Below, in pieces: positions 18,612-27,204 of a stretch of 64,000 bases of DNA. Positions within the stretch are counted from its first letter, which is position 1; the number at the start of each line of letters is the position of its first letter. This DNA comes from an uncultured Bacilli bacterium (GTDB taxonomy: Bacteria > Bacillota_I > Bacilli_A > RF39 > UBA660). The stretch is taken from NCBI GenBank assembly GCA_934183165.1, contig CAKPRZ010000004.1, positions 5,998 through 69,997 on the forward strand. The letters are read 5' to 3'. The position numbers were made by a program, and so were the translations under genes. The notes under the pieces are model-generated. The model was not told where the DNA came from, searched no databases, and was given only the letters and a program-made list of their open reading frames with translations.

Positions 18612-20597
18612 ATGAAATTGTCTGAAATAAAAGGTATTGGACCTAAAACAGAAATGTTATTAAATAAATTAGGAATATACAATTTGGATGATTTGGTAAC
18701 TCATTATCCATTTAGGTATGAAATATTAAAAAGAAGTGATTTATCTAACTCTTTGCCTGATGAAAAAGTAATAATTGATGGCAAAGTTGAAAATATTCCA
18801 ATATTAGTTAGATTTAAAGCAGGATTAAATAAATTAAATATTAGGTTAGCCACTAAAAATGGTCCTGTAGGGGTTTCAGTATTCAATAGAGCTTTTTTGA
18901 AGCCTAATTTAAAACCAGGAACTAATATAATAGCAATAGGAAAATATGATAAAAAACGAAATATTATTACAGCAAATGAAATAAAGTTTGGATCGTTAAG
19001 TGATAAGGAAACAATTGAACCTGTATATCATACTACTAGTGGCTTAACAGGAAAAGTCTTATCAGGATATATAAATACATCATTACTTAAATATTCATCG
19101 AATATTAGTGATAATATTCCAGGATATTTAATGGATAAGTATAATTTTAGTAATAAGAAAACAGCATTGAATATTGTACATAATCCACCAACTTTTGAAA
19201 AACTTAAAGAAGCTAGCATTAGATTAAAATATGAAGAACTTTTTGAGTTTATGTTTAAAATTAATTATTTGAAGAAAAAAAATAAAGGAGTAAATCTTGG
19301 TATAAGTAGAAATTGTGATTATAAAAAAATAGAAAAAGTAATCTCAAAATTACCTTTTAGTTTAACAGAAGATCAAAAGAATGCTTTAACTGAAATTCTT
19401 GATGATTTAAAAAGCAACAGTAAAATGAATAGGCTTTTACAAGGCGATGTTGGAAGTGGCAAAACGATAGTAGCATTTCTTGCAATGTATTACAATGCTA
19501 TTTGTGGGTATCAAAGTGCATTAATGGCTCCAACTGAAATATTAGCTATTCAACATTATAATAATATTAAGGAACTATTAAAAGATGATGATGTTGAAAT
19601 AGCACTTCTTACTGGATCAATTACAAAAAAGGAAAAAAATGAAATATATAAAAAATTAGAAAATGGACAAATAGATATAATAATTGGTACTCATGCACTA
19701 ATACAGGAGGAAGTTAAATATAGTAATCTAGGGTTAGTTGTTACTGACGAACAACATAGATTTGGTGTAAATCAAAGAGCAAATTTAAAAAATAAAGGAA
19801 TTGCAGTTGATGTTTTATATATGAGTGCAACTCCTATACCTAGAACATATGCTTTAACAATTTATGGTGATATGGATATTTCTACTATAAAACAATTACC
19901 AAGCGGAAGAAAAAAAGTAGAAACCTTTGTAAAAAAAGATTCAGAGATAAAAGATGTTTTAAATCTTATGTATAATGAATTAAAGAAAAACCATCAGATA
20001 TATGTTATTGCACCATTAATTGAACAAACAGAGAACACTGATTTGACAGATGTTTATAATTTACGTGATAAAATGAATTTAGCATTTGGTAGTAAATATA
20101 ATACTGATATAGTACATGGAAAAATGAAATCTGAAGCAAAAGATTTAATCATGGGTGAATTTAAACAAGGTAAGATTAATATTTTAATAAGTACTACAGT
20201 AATAGAAGTTGGTGTTGATGTAAAAAATGCTACAATGATTGTTATTTTTGATGCAGATCGTTTTGGACTTTCCACACTTCACCAATTGAGAGGAAGAGTA
20301 GGAAGAAATGATTTAGAATCAAAATGTATTTTAATAAGTAATTCAGATACTGAAAGATTAAAAATAATGGAAAGTGTCTATGATGGCTTTGAAATTAGTG
20401 AAAAAGATTTCAAACTTAGAGGATCTGGAGACTTGTTTGGTGTAAAGCAAAGTGGTGACATGTATTTTAAAATTGCTAATTTGAGATCAGATTATAAAAT
20501 ATTAATTCAAGCAAAAAAAGACTCGCAAGAGTACTTAAATAATGATTCTGATGATGAAATTAAGAAACGATTAATAATGTCAATCGAAAATGACTAG
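18612..20597 (+). CDS. recG: ATP-dependent DNA helicase RecG
   Basis: N-terminus MKLSEIKGIGPKTEMLLNKLGIYNLDDLVTHYPFRYE. Wedge domain. Helicase motifs GDVGSGKT, DEQHRFG and QLRGRVGR. Confidence 0.93.
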   Translation: MKLSEIKGIGPKTEMLLNKLGIYNLDDLVTHYPFRYEILKRSDLSNSLPDEKVIIDGKVENIPILVRFKAGLNKLNIRLATKNGPVGVSVFNRAFLKPNLKPGTNIIAIGKYDKKRNIITANEIKFGSLSDKETIEPVYHTTSGLTGKVLSGYINTSLLKYSSNISDNIPGYLMDKYNFSNKKTALNIVHNPPTFEKLKEASIRLKYEELFEFMFKINYLKKKNKGVNLGISRNCDYKKIEKVISKLPFSLTEDQKNALTEILDDLKSNSKMNRLLQGDVGSGKTIVAFLAMYYNAICGYQSALMAPTEILAIQHYNNIKELLKDDDVEIALLTGSITKKEKNEIYKKLENGQIDIIIGTHALIQEEVKYSNLGLVVTDEQHRFGVNQRANLKNKGIAVDVLYMSATPIPRTYALTIYGDMDISTIKQLPSGRKKVETFVKKDSEIKDVLNLMYNELKKNHQIYVIAPLIEQTENTDLTDVYNLRDKMNLAFGSKYNTDIVHGKMKSEAKDLIMGEFKQGKINILISTTVIEVGVDVKNATMIVIFDADRFGLSTLHQLRGRVGRNDLESKCILISNSDTERLKIMESVYDGFEISEKDFKLRGSGDLFGVKQSGDMYFKIANLRSDYKILIQAKKDSQEYLNNDSDDEIKKRLIMSIEND

Positions 20598-20639
20598 TGT
20601 AAAGTAAAAAAATAATTATTAAATATTTAAAGATATAAA

Positions 20640-20668
20640 TTGACTTTTTAAAAAATTAATATTATTAT
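20640..20668 (+). promoter_or_regulatory. Candidate promoter (TTGACT-17-TATTAT)
   Basis: -35 TTGACT at 20640-45 and -10 TATTAT at 20663-68, with exactly 17 nt between them. Confidence 0.4.
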
Positions 20669-20674
20669 TAAAAT

Positions 20675-20784
20675 GCGTGGTGGTAATCATCATGCATTGA
20701 GCACACTTACGATGATATAATGTGAGTGTGAATTCAACCAAAACCCCCTGAAATTCCCCTCGAGAGAGGGGAATACTTTTGTTT
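20675..20784 (+). ncRNA. Candidate small RNA (promoter-to-terminator unit, about 110 nt)
   Basis: Bounded by the candidate promoter above and a terminator (ttcccctc-gaga-gaggggaa plus tactttt gttt, 20754-20784). Locally GC-enriched. No plausible ORF. Contains the CCCCCTGA motif. Confidence 0.3.
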
Positions 20785-20962
20785 ATAAGGAATTTTTAAC
20801 TATTTTTGATTTATCTAGATACCATACTAGATATTAAACATTATATTTAGATACCAATAATATGGTATTTTTTTGATAAACTTATATTTTAATATTGTAA
20901 AGTGGACAATTTTTTTGGAAAATGGTAGAATTAAAGTATAATTAATAGTAAAAAATGAAGAA

Positions 20963-21262
20963 ATGCTTTTCTATTTTTCTAAAGATAAATATGCAAATAA
21001 ATCCAGTAAAGATTTAAAAGACTTAATTGAACAATATAAAGAATCAGAAACTGATTTATTACAATTTGATTTTAATAAAATAGAAAAAGCAAGAGAAGTA
21101 GGATTTATAATTTTTGATGTAGCAGAACATTTAAAATTACTTAAGGATAATAAAAGTAAATACACTTTAGAACAAGCAGTAGAAGAATTAAATAAAGCAC
21201 AAGAATTACTTAATCCAATTATGGATAAATATGATTATAGTAAATTACCAAAGAAAAATTAA
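20963..21262 (+). CDS. Hypothetical small protein (first gene of a 7-gene operon)
   Basis: 99 aa charged protein, no recognised domain. It is followed at 23 nt by the next gene. Confidence 0.5.
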   Translation: MLFYFSKDKYANKSSKDLKDLIEQYKESETDLLQFDFNKIEKAREVGFIIFDVAEHLKLLKDNKSKYTLEQAVEELNKAQELLNPIMDKYDYSKLPKKN

Positions 21263-21285
21263 ATTGTAAGAAAGTAGGATTATAA

Positions 21286-21810
21286 GTGAAATTATATATA
21301 GTTAGACATGGTGAAGTACCTCATAATGTGTTAAAAATGTATAATAATGTAAATGAAGATTTAACAGATAATGGGATTATGCAGGCATTAGAATTAAGAG
21401 ATAAAATTAAAGATATAAAGTTCGATATGGTTATTTCATCTCCACTTTTAAGAACAATACATACTGAAAACATACTAACATATTATGATGATAGTATTAT
21501 AACTGATGATAGGTTAAGTGAAAGGGGTTGTGGAGATTTAAGTGGTAAACCAAATGAGTGTACAAATAGAGAAGAATATTGGAATTATTATACAGAAATG
21601 CAATATGGGACAAGTGAAAATATTCAAGAGTTTTTTAAAAGAGTATATAACTTTTTAGACGAACTAAAACAAAAAGATTATGAAAGTGTATTAATAGTGG
21701 CACATAGTGGAGTATCAAAGGCATTCAGTGGATATTTTGAAGGAATACAAGATGGTAAGTTTTTAAATAGAGGACTTAAAAATTGTGAAATAAAGATGTA
21801 TGAACTGTAG
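21286..21810 (+). CDS. Histidine phosphatase family protein (phosphoglycerate-mutase-like)
   Basis: GTG start. N-terminal RHGE motif (LYIVRHGEVPHN). Later AHSG motif (LIVAHSGV). Confidence 0.75.
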   Translation: MKLYIVRHGEVPHNVLKMYNNVNEDLTDNGIMQALELRDKIKDIKFDMVISSPLLRTIHTENILTYYDDSIITDDRLSERGCGDLSGKPNECTNREEYWNYYTEMQYGTSENIQEFFKRVYNFLDELKQKDYESVLIVAHSGVSKAFSGYFEGIQDGKFLNRGLKNCEIKMYEL

Positions 21811-21818
21811 GTATTAAT

Positions 21819-22379
21819 ATGGATTTTAATTATGTTGATTTTCTATCATCCAGTGATAAAAAATCTATAAAAAAATTGTATTATGAATCATTCGATAAAG
21901 AGGAAAGATTTCCATTTTGGTTACTAAAAAAGTGTTCTAAAGAAAAGAGTGTAAAGTTTAATGTAATATATAGCAAAGATAAAGTAATTGGTTTTCAATA
22001 CATTATTGAGTATGATAATATTGCTTATTTAATGTATTTTGCCATTGAAAAAAATCAAAGAAATAATGGCTATGGTTCAGAAATGTTAAAAAAGTTAAAT
22101 AGAAGTTATAAAAATGTTTTATTGTGTATTGAAAAATCAAATGAACAAATATCCGATATTAAATATAAAAGAAAACAATTTTATTTAAGAAATGGATTTG
22201 TTGGTACTAATAAGTATATTGTTGATAATAATGTTGAATATGAATTATTGTGTAATAATAGTAATTTAAATATAACTAAAGAAAAATTAGAAAAAAGATA
22301 TACAATGATGACAAGTTCCAAAATATTAAAATTTATAATAAGTAAAATTTTTAATGTTTATAATATTAAATTGAAGTAG
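21819..22379 (+). CDS. GNAT family N-acetyltransferase
   Basis: Acetyl-CoA binding motif NQRNNGYGSEML (Q/R-x-x-G-x-G/A). Confidence 0.6.
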   Translation: MDFNYVDFLSSSDKKSIKKLYYESFDKEERFPFWLLKKCSKEKSVKFNVIYSKDKVIGFQYIIEYDNIAYLMYFAIEKNQRNNGYGSEMLKKLNRSYKNVLLCIEKSNEQISDIKYKRKQFYLRNGFVGTNKYIVDNNVEYELLCNNSNLNITKEKLEKRYTMMTSSKILKFIISKIFNVYNIKLK

Positions 22380-22387
22380 GTGATAGT

Positions 22388-23803
22388 ATGCATATAGGTA
22401 TAGATATAGATAATGTTTTATCGAATTTCAATGAGATATTATTAAATAAATATATTGAGCATGATAAAAGTATTAATGGAAAAGGTATAGTTAATCAAGA
22501 TGTGTATATTAGAGATATGTTTAATTGGGATAAAGAATATGAAGAAAAATTTTACAAAGAAAATATTGAGTATTTTGCAAGCCTATTTGAACCGATTGAA
22601 GAATGTTCTAAATATGTAAAATTATTAAAAGAAGAAGGAAATACAATTTATATCATTAGTGGTCGAGACAATGGTGAATATTCTAACCCATATAAAATGA
22701 CCATTGATTGGTTAAAAAAATATGATATTGTTTATGATAAATTATTTTTAGTAGATGCTTATAATAGTCATTCAAAAACAGAAATATGTTTAGAATACAA
22801 TATTGATGTAATGATAGATGATTCTAAAAGAATGTGTAAGGACATAAAGGATAATGGTATTAGAGCATTACTTATGGATACACCATATAATAGAGATACA
22901 AATGAATTTGAAAGAGTTAATTCATGGAAAGAAATTTATAACAAATTATCTAATAAAAAAATTAATGTGATACTTGATACAGATACTTATAATGAATGTG
23001 ATGACCAATTTGCATTATCATATTTAATTAAGTCACAAGATATGTTTAATATTGAGGCAATTACAGTAGCACCATATTCTCATACAAAAAGAGATGTAAA
23101 AGTAATAGATGGACAAGAGTTGAGTTATAATGAAATTTTAAAAATATGTAATTGGTTAAATTTTGATACCATTGATAAAGTATTTAAAGGATCAATGGAC
23201 TATATTCAAAATGGATATGATGAAAATAATGATGCAGTAAATAAAATAATTGAAGTGGCGCTTAAAAACGATAAAACTTATATATTAGGAATTGGAGCTA
23301 TAACTAATATTGCTTTAGCAATAAAAAAAGAACCTAAGATAATTGATAGAATAGAAATCATTTGGTTAGGTGGAAATGAAATAGAATATAAAGATAATTT
23401 AGAATATAATTTCAAACAAGATATAGAGGCTGTAAAAATAGTGTTTGATTCTACAGTGAAAATGACTATACTACCTTGCAAAAATGTAGTATCAGATTTA
23501 AGAATAGATATAGCTGAATTAAAAAGTAAATTAGATAATAGGAAAGAATTAAATAAATATTTAATTGAGAGATTTTATAATGATGGATATCATGGAATAC
23601 AAGAAACAAGAGTAATATGGGATATATCAGTAATAGCATATATGATAAATAAAAATTGGTTTGAAACAGAAAAAATTAGTTGTCCCAATATCAAGGAAGA
23701 TAGTTCTTATGAATTAACTGATAATAGACATAGTATAACTTTTATAACTAAATTAGATAGAGATAGAATATATGAAGATTTATTTAGAAAGTTAGGAGTA
23801 TGA
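22388..23803 (+). CDS. Fusion protein: N-terminal 5'(3')-deoxyribonucleotidase (HAD, NT5C-like) plus C-terminal nucleoside hydrolase (IU-NH family)
   Basis: N-terminal HAD motif I (MHIGIDIDNVL) and NT5C-like region. The C-terminal half starts with VILDTDTYNECDDQFAL, the DxDxxxDD nucleoside-hydrolase signature. Confidence 0.7.
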   Translation: MHIGIDIDNVLSNFNEILLNKYIEHDKSINGKGIVNQDVYIRDMFNWDKEYEEKFYKENIEYFASLFEPIEECSKYVKLLKEEGNTIYIISGRDNGEYSNPYKMTIDWLKKYDIVYDKLFLVDAYNSHSKTEICLEYNIDVMIDDSKRMCKDIKDNGIRALLMDTPYNRDTNEFERVNSWKEIYNKLSNKKINVILDTDTYNECDDQFALSYLIKSQDMFNIEAITVAPYSHTKRDVKVIDGQELSYNEILKICNWLNFDTIDKVFKGSMDYIQNGYDENNDAVNKIIEVALKNDKTYILGIGAITNIALAIKKEPKIIDRIEIIWLGGNEIEYKDNLEYNFKQDIEAVKIVFDSTVKMTILPCKNVVSDLRIDIAELKSKLDNRKELNKYLIERFYNDGYHGIQETRVIWDISVIAYMINKNWFETEKISCPNIKEDSSYELTDNRHSITFITKLDRDRIYEDLFRKLGV

Positions 23804-23806
23804 ATT

Positions 23807-24415
23807 ATGAGATTAACAAGCAAAGATGCAAGGAATCTATTAGAAGAAGAAAGAAAAAAATCAAATGATGATAGATGGATAGAACATTGCTTATGTGTTG
23901 GTAATGCTGCAGGTAAAATAGCAGAAGCATTAAATGAAAAAGGTTATAATATAGATATAGATAAGACAATTACTCTAGGTTATTTACACGATATTGGTAA
24001 GTATAATGGAGAATCACATGGACATGTTATGAGAGGATATGAATATTTAAAAGAAAGAGGATATGATGATGAATATTGTAATATATGTTTAACACATTCT
24101 TATTTAAATAATGATATAGTGTGTACTGCTGGGGGAGTCCCTAATCCAAATGATAATCCTTTTTTAACAGATTTTATAAAAAATCATGAATATACTATAG
24201 AAGAAAAATTAATAAATTTATGTGATTTGATGTGTCCACAAGGGAACGAAGTATTTACAATTGATAAAAGATTAATTGATATTATGATTAGAAGAGGAGC
24301 TTATTCAAATACACAATATCATATTAAAGAAACTTACAAACTGAAAGAATATTTTGATAGTTTATTAGGATATAATCTCTATGATTTATTTCCTGAAATA
24401 AAAGAAAATTTGTAG
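23807..24415 (+). CDS. HD/HDIG domain phosphohydrolase
   Basis: Motifs HCLCVGNAAGKIAE and LGYLHDIGK. Confidence 0.7.
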   Translation: MRLTSKDARNLLEEERKKSNDDRWIEHCLCVGNAAGKIAEALNEKGYNIDIDKTITLGYLHDIGKYNGESHGHVMRGYEYLKERGYDDEYCNICLTHSYLNNDIVCTAGGVPNPNDNPFLTDFIKNHEYTIEEKLINLCDLMCPQGNEVFTIDKRLIDIMIRRGAYSNTQYHIKETYKLKEYFDSLLGYNLYDLFPEIKENL

Positions 24416-24423
24416 GTGATATT

Positions 24424-25017
24424 ATGCGAATAGGAATAGATATAGATGGCGTATTAACCGACATAGAACAATGGCAGTTAGATTATGGAAGTAAGTTTTA
24501 TTTTGAAAAATATGGTAAAGAAATACAAAATAACGAAGGATATGAAACAACAGAAATATTTAAAGTTGATAGTAAATTAGATGATGAGTTTTGGACTGAG
24601 TATTTTAAAGATTATTCGATAAATGTCGATGTTAGAAAATTGGCTAGTGAAGTAATTAAAAAACTAAAACAAGATGGTAATGAAATTTATATTATTACCG
24701 CAAGAGGTAGCTTTTTATCACATTCTGCAAATGTAATGCTTTTTGAAGAAAATAAAAACATTGTTTTAGAATGGCTTAGAAAAAATGAAATTGAATATGA
24801 CAAAATAATATTTAGCCCAGAAGATAAACTTAGTATATGTTTAGAAAATAATATTGATGTAATGATAGAAGATAAAGTTGACAATATAAACAAAATATCA
24901 ACAAGGATTCCAGTTATATGTTTTCATGCAGGATATAACAAAAATTGTAAAGGTAACAATATTTTCAGATGTTATAGTTGGTATGATATATACAGTAAAA
25001 TAAATAGTATTAAATAA
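24424..25017 (+). CDS. 5'(3')-deoxyribonucleotidase-like HAD phosphatase (paralog of N-domain of 22388 gene)
   Basis: MRIGIDIDGVL HAD motif I. Organisation collinear with the N-terminal half of the 22388 gene (IYIITARG, DVMIEDK). Confidence 0.7.
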   Translation: MRIGIDIDGVLTDIEQWQLDYGSKFYFEKYGKEIQNNEGYETTEIFKVDSKLDDEFWTEYFKDYSINVDVRKLASEVIKKLKQDGNEIYIITARGSFLSHSANVMLFEENKNIVLEWLRKNEIEYDKIIFSPEDKLSICLENNIDVMIEDKVDNINKISTRIPVICFHAGYNKNCKGNNIFRCYSWYDIYSKINSIK

Positions 25018-25036
25018 CATTTGTTGAGGGATATAG

Positions 25037-25813
25037 ATGGAAGTTATTAATAATGAAAATAAAAAAATAATAGATATTGAACTTTTAGAATTATTAAGTG
25101 AAAAAGGTTCAGAAATGACTGTATATAATGATGAAAATTTTGTTTATAAAATATTTAAAAAAGATTATAAACTTGGACATAAAAGTATTGAAGAATTAAA
25201 TTATCTATCATCTATAAAAACATCAAGAATTTTGATGCCTGAATCACTAATATTTAACAATGATGAATTAATTGGTTATACCATGATTTATATAAAAAAT
25301 GAAAAAGATATACATAATGATACAATGGCAAATTTATTAAATGAATTAACGATTATAAAACAAGATATTGATATTCTTAATAAATTATGTGTAAGGTTAA
25401 TAGATATAAATAAATCTAATATTGTTTATAACGGTAAATTATATTTGATTGATCCAGGTAATTATTATATTAATGATGTAAATGATTTATTAATATATTA
25501 TCAAAATAAAGAGATAACTGAAGAAGAAAAACAAAATCTTATTATAAATTGGAATTATAATCAACTTAATAAGTTAATGCATGAATTATTATTTATGAAT
25601 AATAGTGATATTGATTTTTATTTATTAAGAAAAATAATAGAGTTTTTTGAAATTGAAAGAAAAAAAGATGGTTTAATATATGATGCTGGTATTTATCAAA
25701 AATATTTTGATAAGGATTTAACTGTTAGAGAGGCAATTAAAAAATTTGTATCAAACTATATTAAAGTTGATGAAGAAGAGAAAAAAATGGTATTATCACT
25801 TTTTAAAATGTAG
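25037..25813 (+). CDS. Atypical protein-kinase-like fold protein (small-molecule/nucleoside kinase candidate)
   Basis: Gly-loop-like GSEMTVY with VAIK-like Lys in VYKIFKK. Catalytic-loop-like LIDINKSNIVYNG. DFG-like LIDPGN. Confidence 0.45.
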   Translation: MEVINNENKKIIDIELLELLSEKGSEMTVYNDENFVYKIFKKDYKLGHKSIEELNYLSSIKTSRILMPESLIFNNDELIGYTMIYIKNEKDIHNDTMANLLNELTIIKQDIDILNKLCVRLIDINKSNIVYNGKLYLIDPGNYYINDVNDLLIYYQNKEITEEEKQNLIINWNYNQLNKLMHELLFMNNSDIDFYLLRKIIEFFEIERKKDGLIYDAGIYQKYFDKDLTVREAIKKFVSNYIKVDEEEKKMVLSLFKM

Positions 25814-25828
25814 TAATGAGGTGTTATT

Positions 25829-27044
25829 GTGAAAAGATTATTAAGGATTGGTTTTGATTTATCATTGTTATCGTTTATACCAATAATATATTGATTTCTA
25901 CTTGGGATAATAGTTGATAAGAATTTAATTAATATATTTACTTTAACTTATCCATTACAATTTATATATTATATAATTAAATCTATATTTTCTACTGGGG
26001 CTAATATAAGTAAAGAAAAAGATAAAAATAAAGATGCGGTAATGTCTGGCTTAATATTAGGAACAATTGTTTCTATAATTATTTTTACTGTAATTCTATT
26101 AAATGTTGATAATTATATTAGTTTTATGAATATGGATATAAGTACATATAAAAACTTTACTATATATTCAATATTACAACTATTTATTTGTTTAGAATTT
26201 GCAATGATGCAAGATAAGTTATATTATGAAAAAAAATAAATTAGCAAATAAGCATTCATTAGTATTTAATTTATTAAATTTTATATTATTAATTGGAACA
26301 TCTTTAATAACAAAAAATCAAATTATTATAATTTCAACAACATTAATTCCATTAGCGATATATACTTTGTATATTTATATTAAAAACGGTAATAAGTTTA
26401 AATTTAATATTAATGTATTAAAGTGTATAAAATATGGTTCAGTTGAGTTATTCAATAATATTGCATTCTTTTTAATATTCTTATTTGGATTATCTAATGT
26501 CTTAGAATATGGAGAAATGTATGCAACTGCTTTGACTTTTATAGCATTAATAACTGATACACAATGGGATACATTTGATGCTATAAAAGAAGCAGCAACA
26601 ATAGATATTAGTAAAAGAAAGTTTAATTATATACAACATAGAAATAATGCTTATAAATTATTAGGAATACTATTTGGAACAAGTTTAATGATGTTTTCAT
26701 TCTTATTTGGATTTTATGATTTAGATTTTAAAATTACTATGATATATTTTTCTTTTGAAATAGTAAATTTCTTAATATATCCAATATATAGAATTAAAAC
26801 TTGTTATTTGCAATTAGAATATTCAGCTTTTAAAATTACATCAAATAAGATAATAGCATCAATACTTAGAATGGTCATGTCATTATTAAAAACGCCATTT
26901 TGTACAGGAATAGGACAAGTATGTTCATCAGTTTATCAATTTATAACAGTTAGTATAATGTTTAATCATAATTTTAAAGTTGATAAAACAGGTTGTGTTA
27001 TTAAAAAAAAATCAATACTGAATAATGACACTATGACATTATAA
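25829..27044 (+). pseudogene. Fragmented multi-TM membrane protein gene (possible disrupted flippase/transporter)
   Basis: Three consecutive short hydrophobic ORFs in different frames (25829-25894, 26042-26239, 26226-27044) separated by in-frame stops. Together they look like one polytopic membrane protein. Confidence 0.3.
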
Positions 27045-27204
27045 ATGAGAGTAGGGTACTCACAAACAATATGTCATTGTGTCATTTAATAATAAAAATA
27101 ATGAAATATGTGATATAATAGTATATATAAAAAGAAGCGCTAGTACAGGCTTATGTTTATAAGTTTTTGTATTGGCGTTTTTTTCGTAGTAAGGAAGTGA
27201 TAAA

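Noticed and set aside
20690-20740. 15-codon ORF (MRGGNHHALSTLTMI) inside the candidate sRNA, as a possible type I toxin or leader peptide
   Set aside because: No Shine-Dalgarno upstream. The peptide is not hydrophobic or membrane-like. Too short and unconserved to support.
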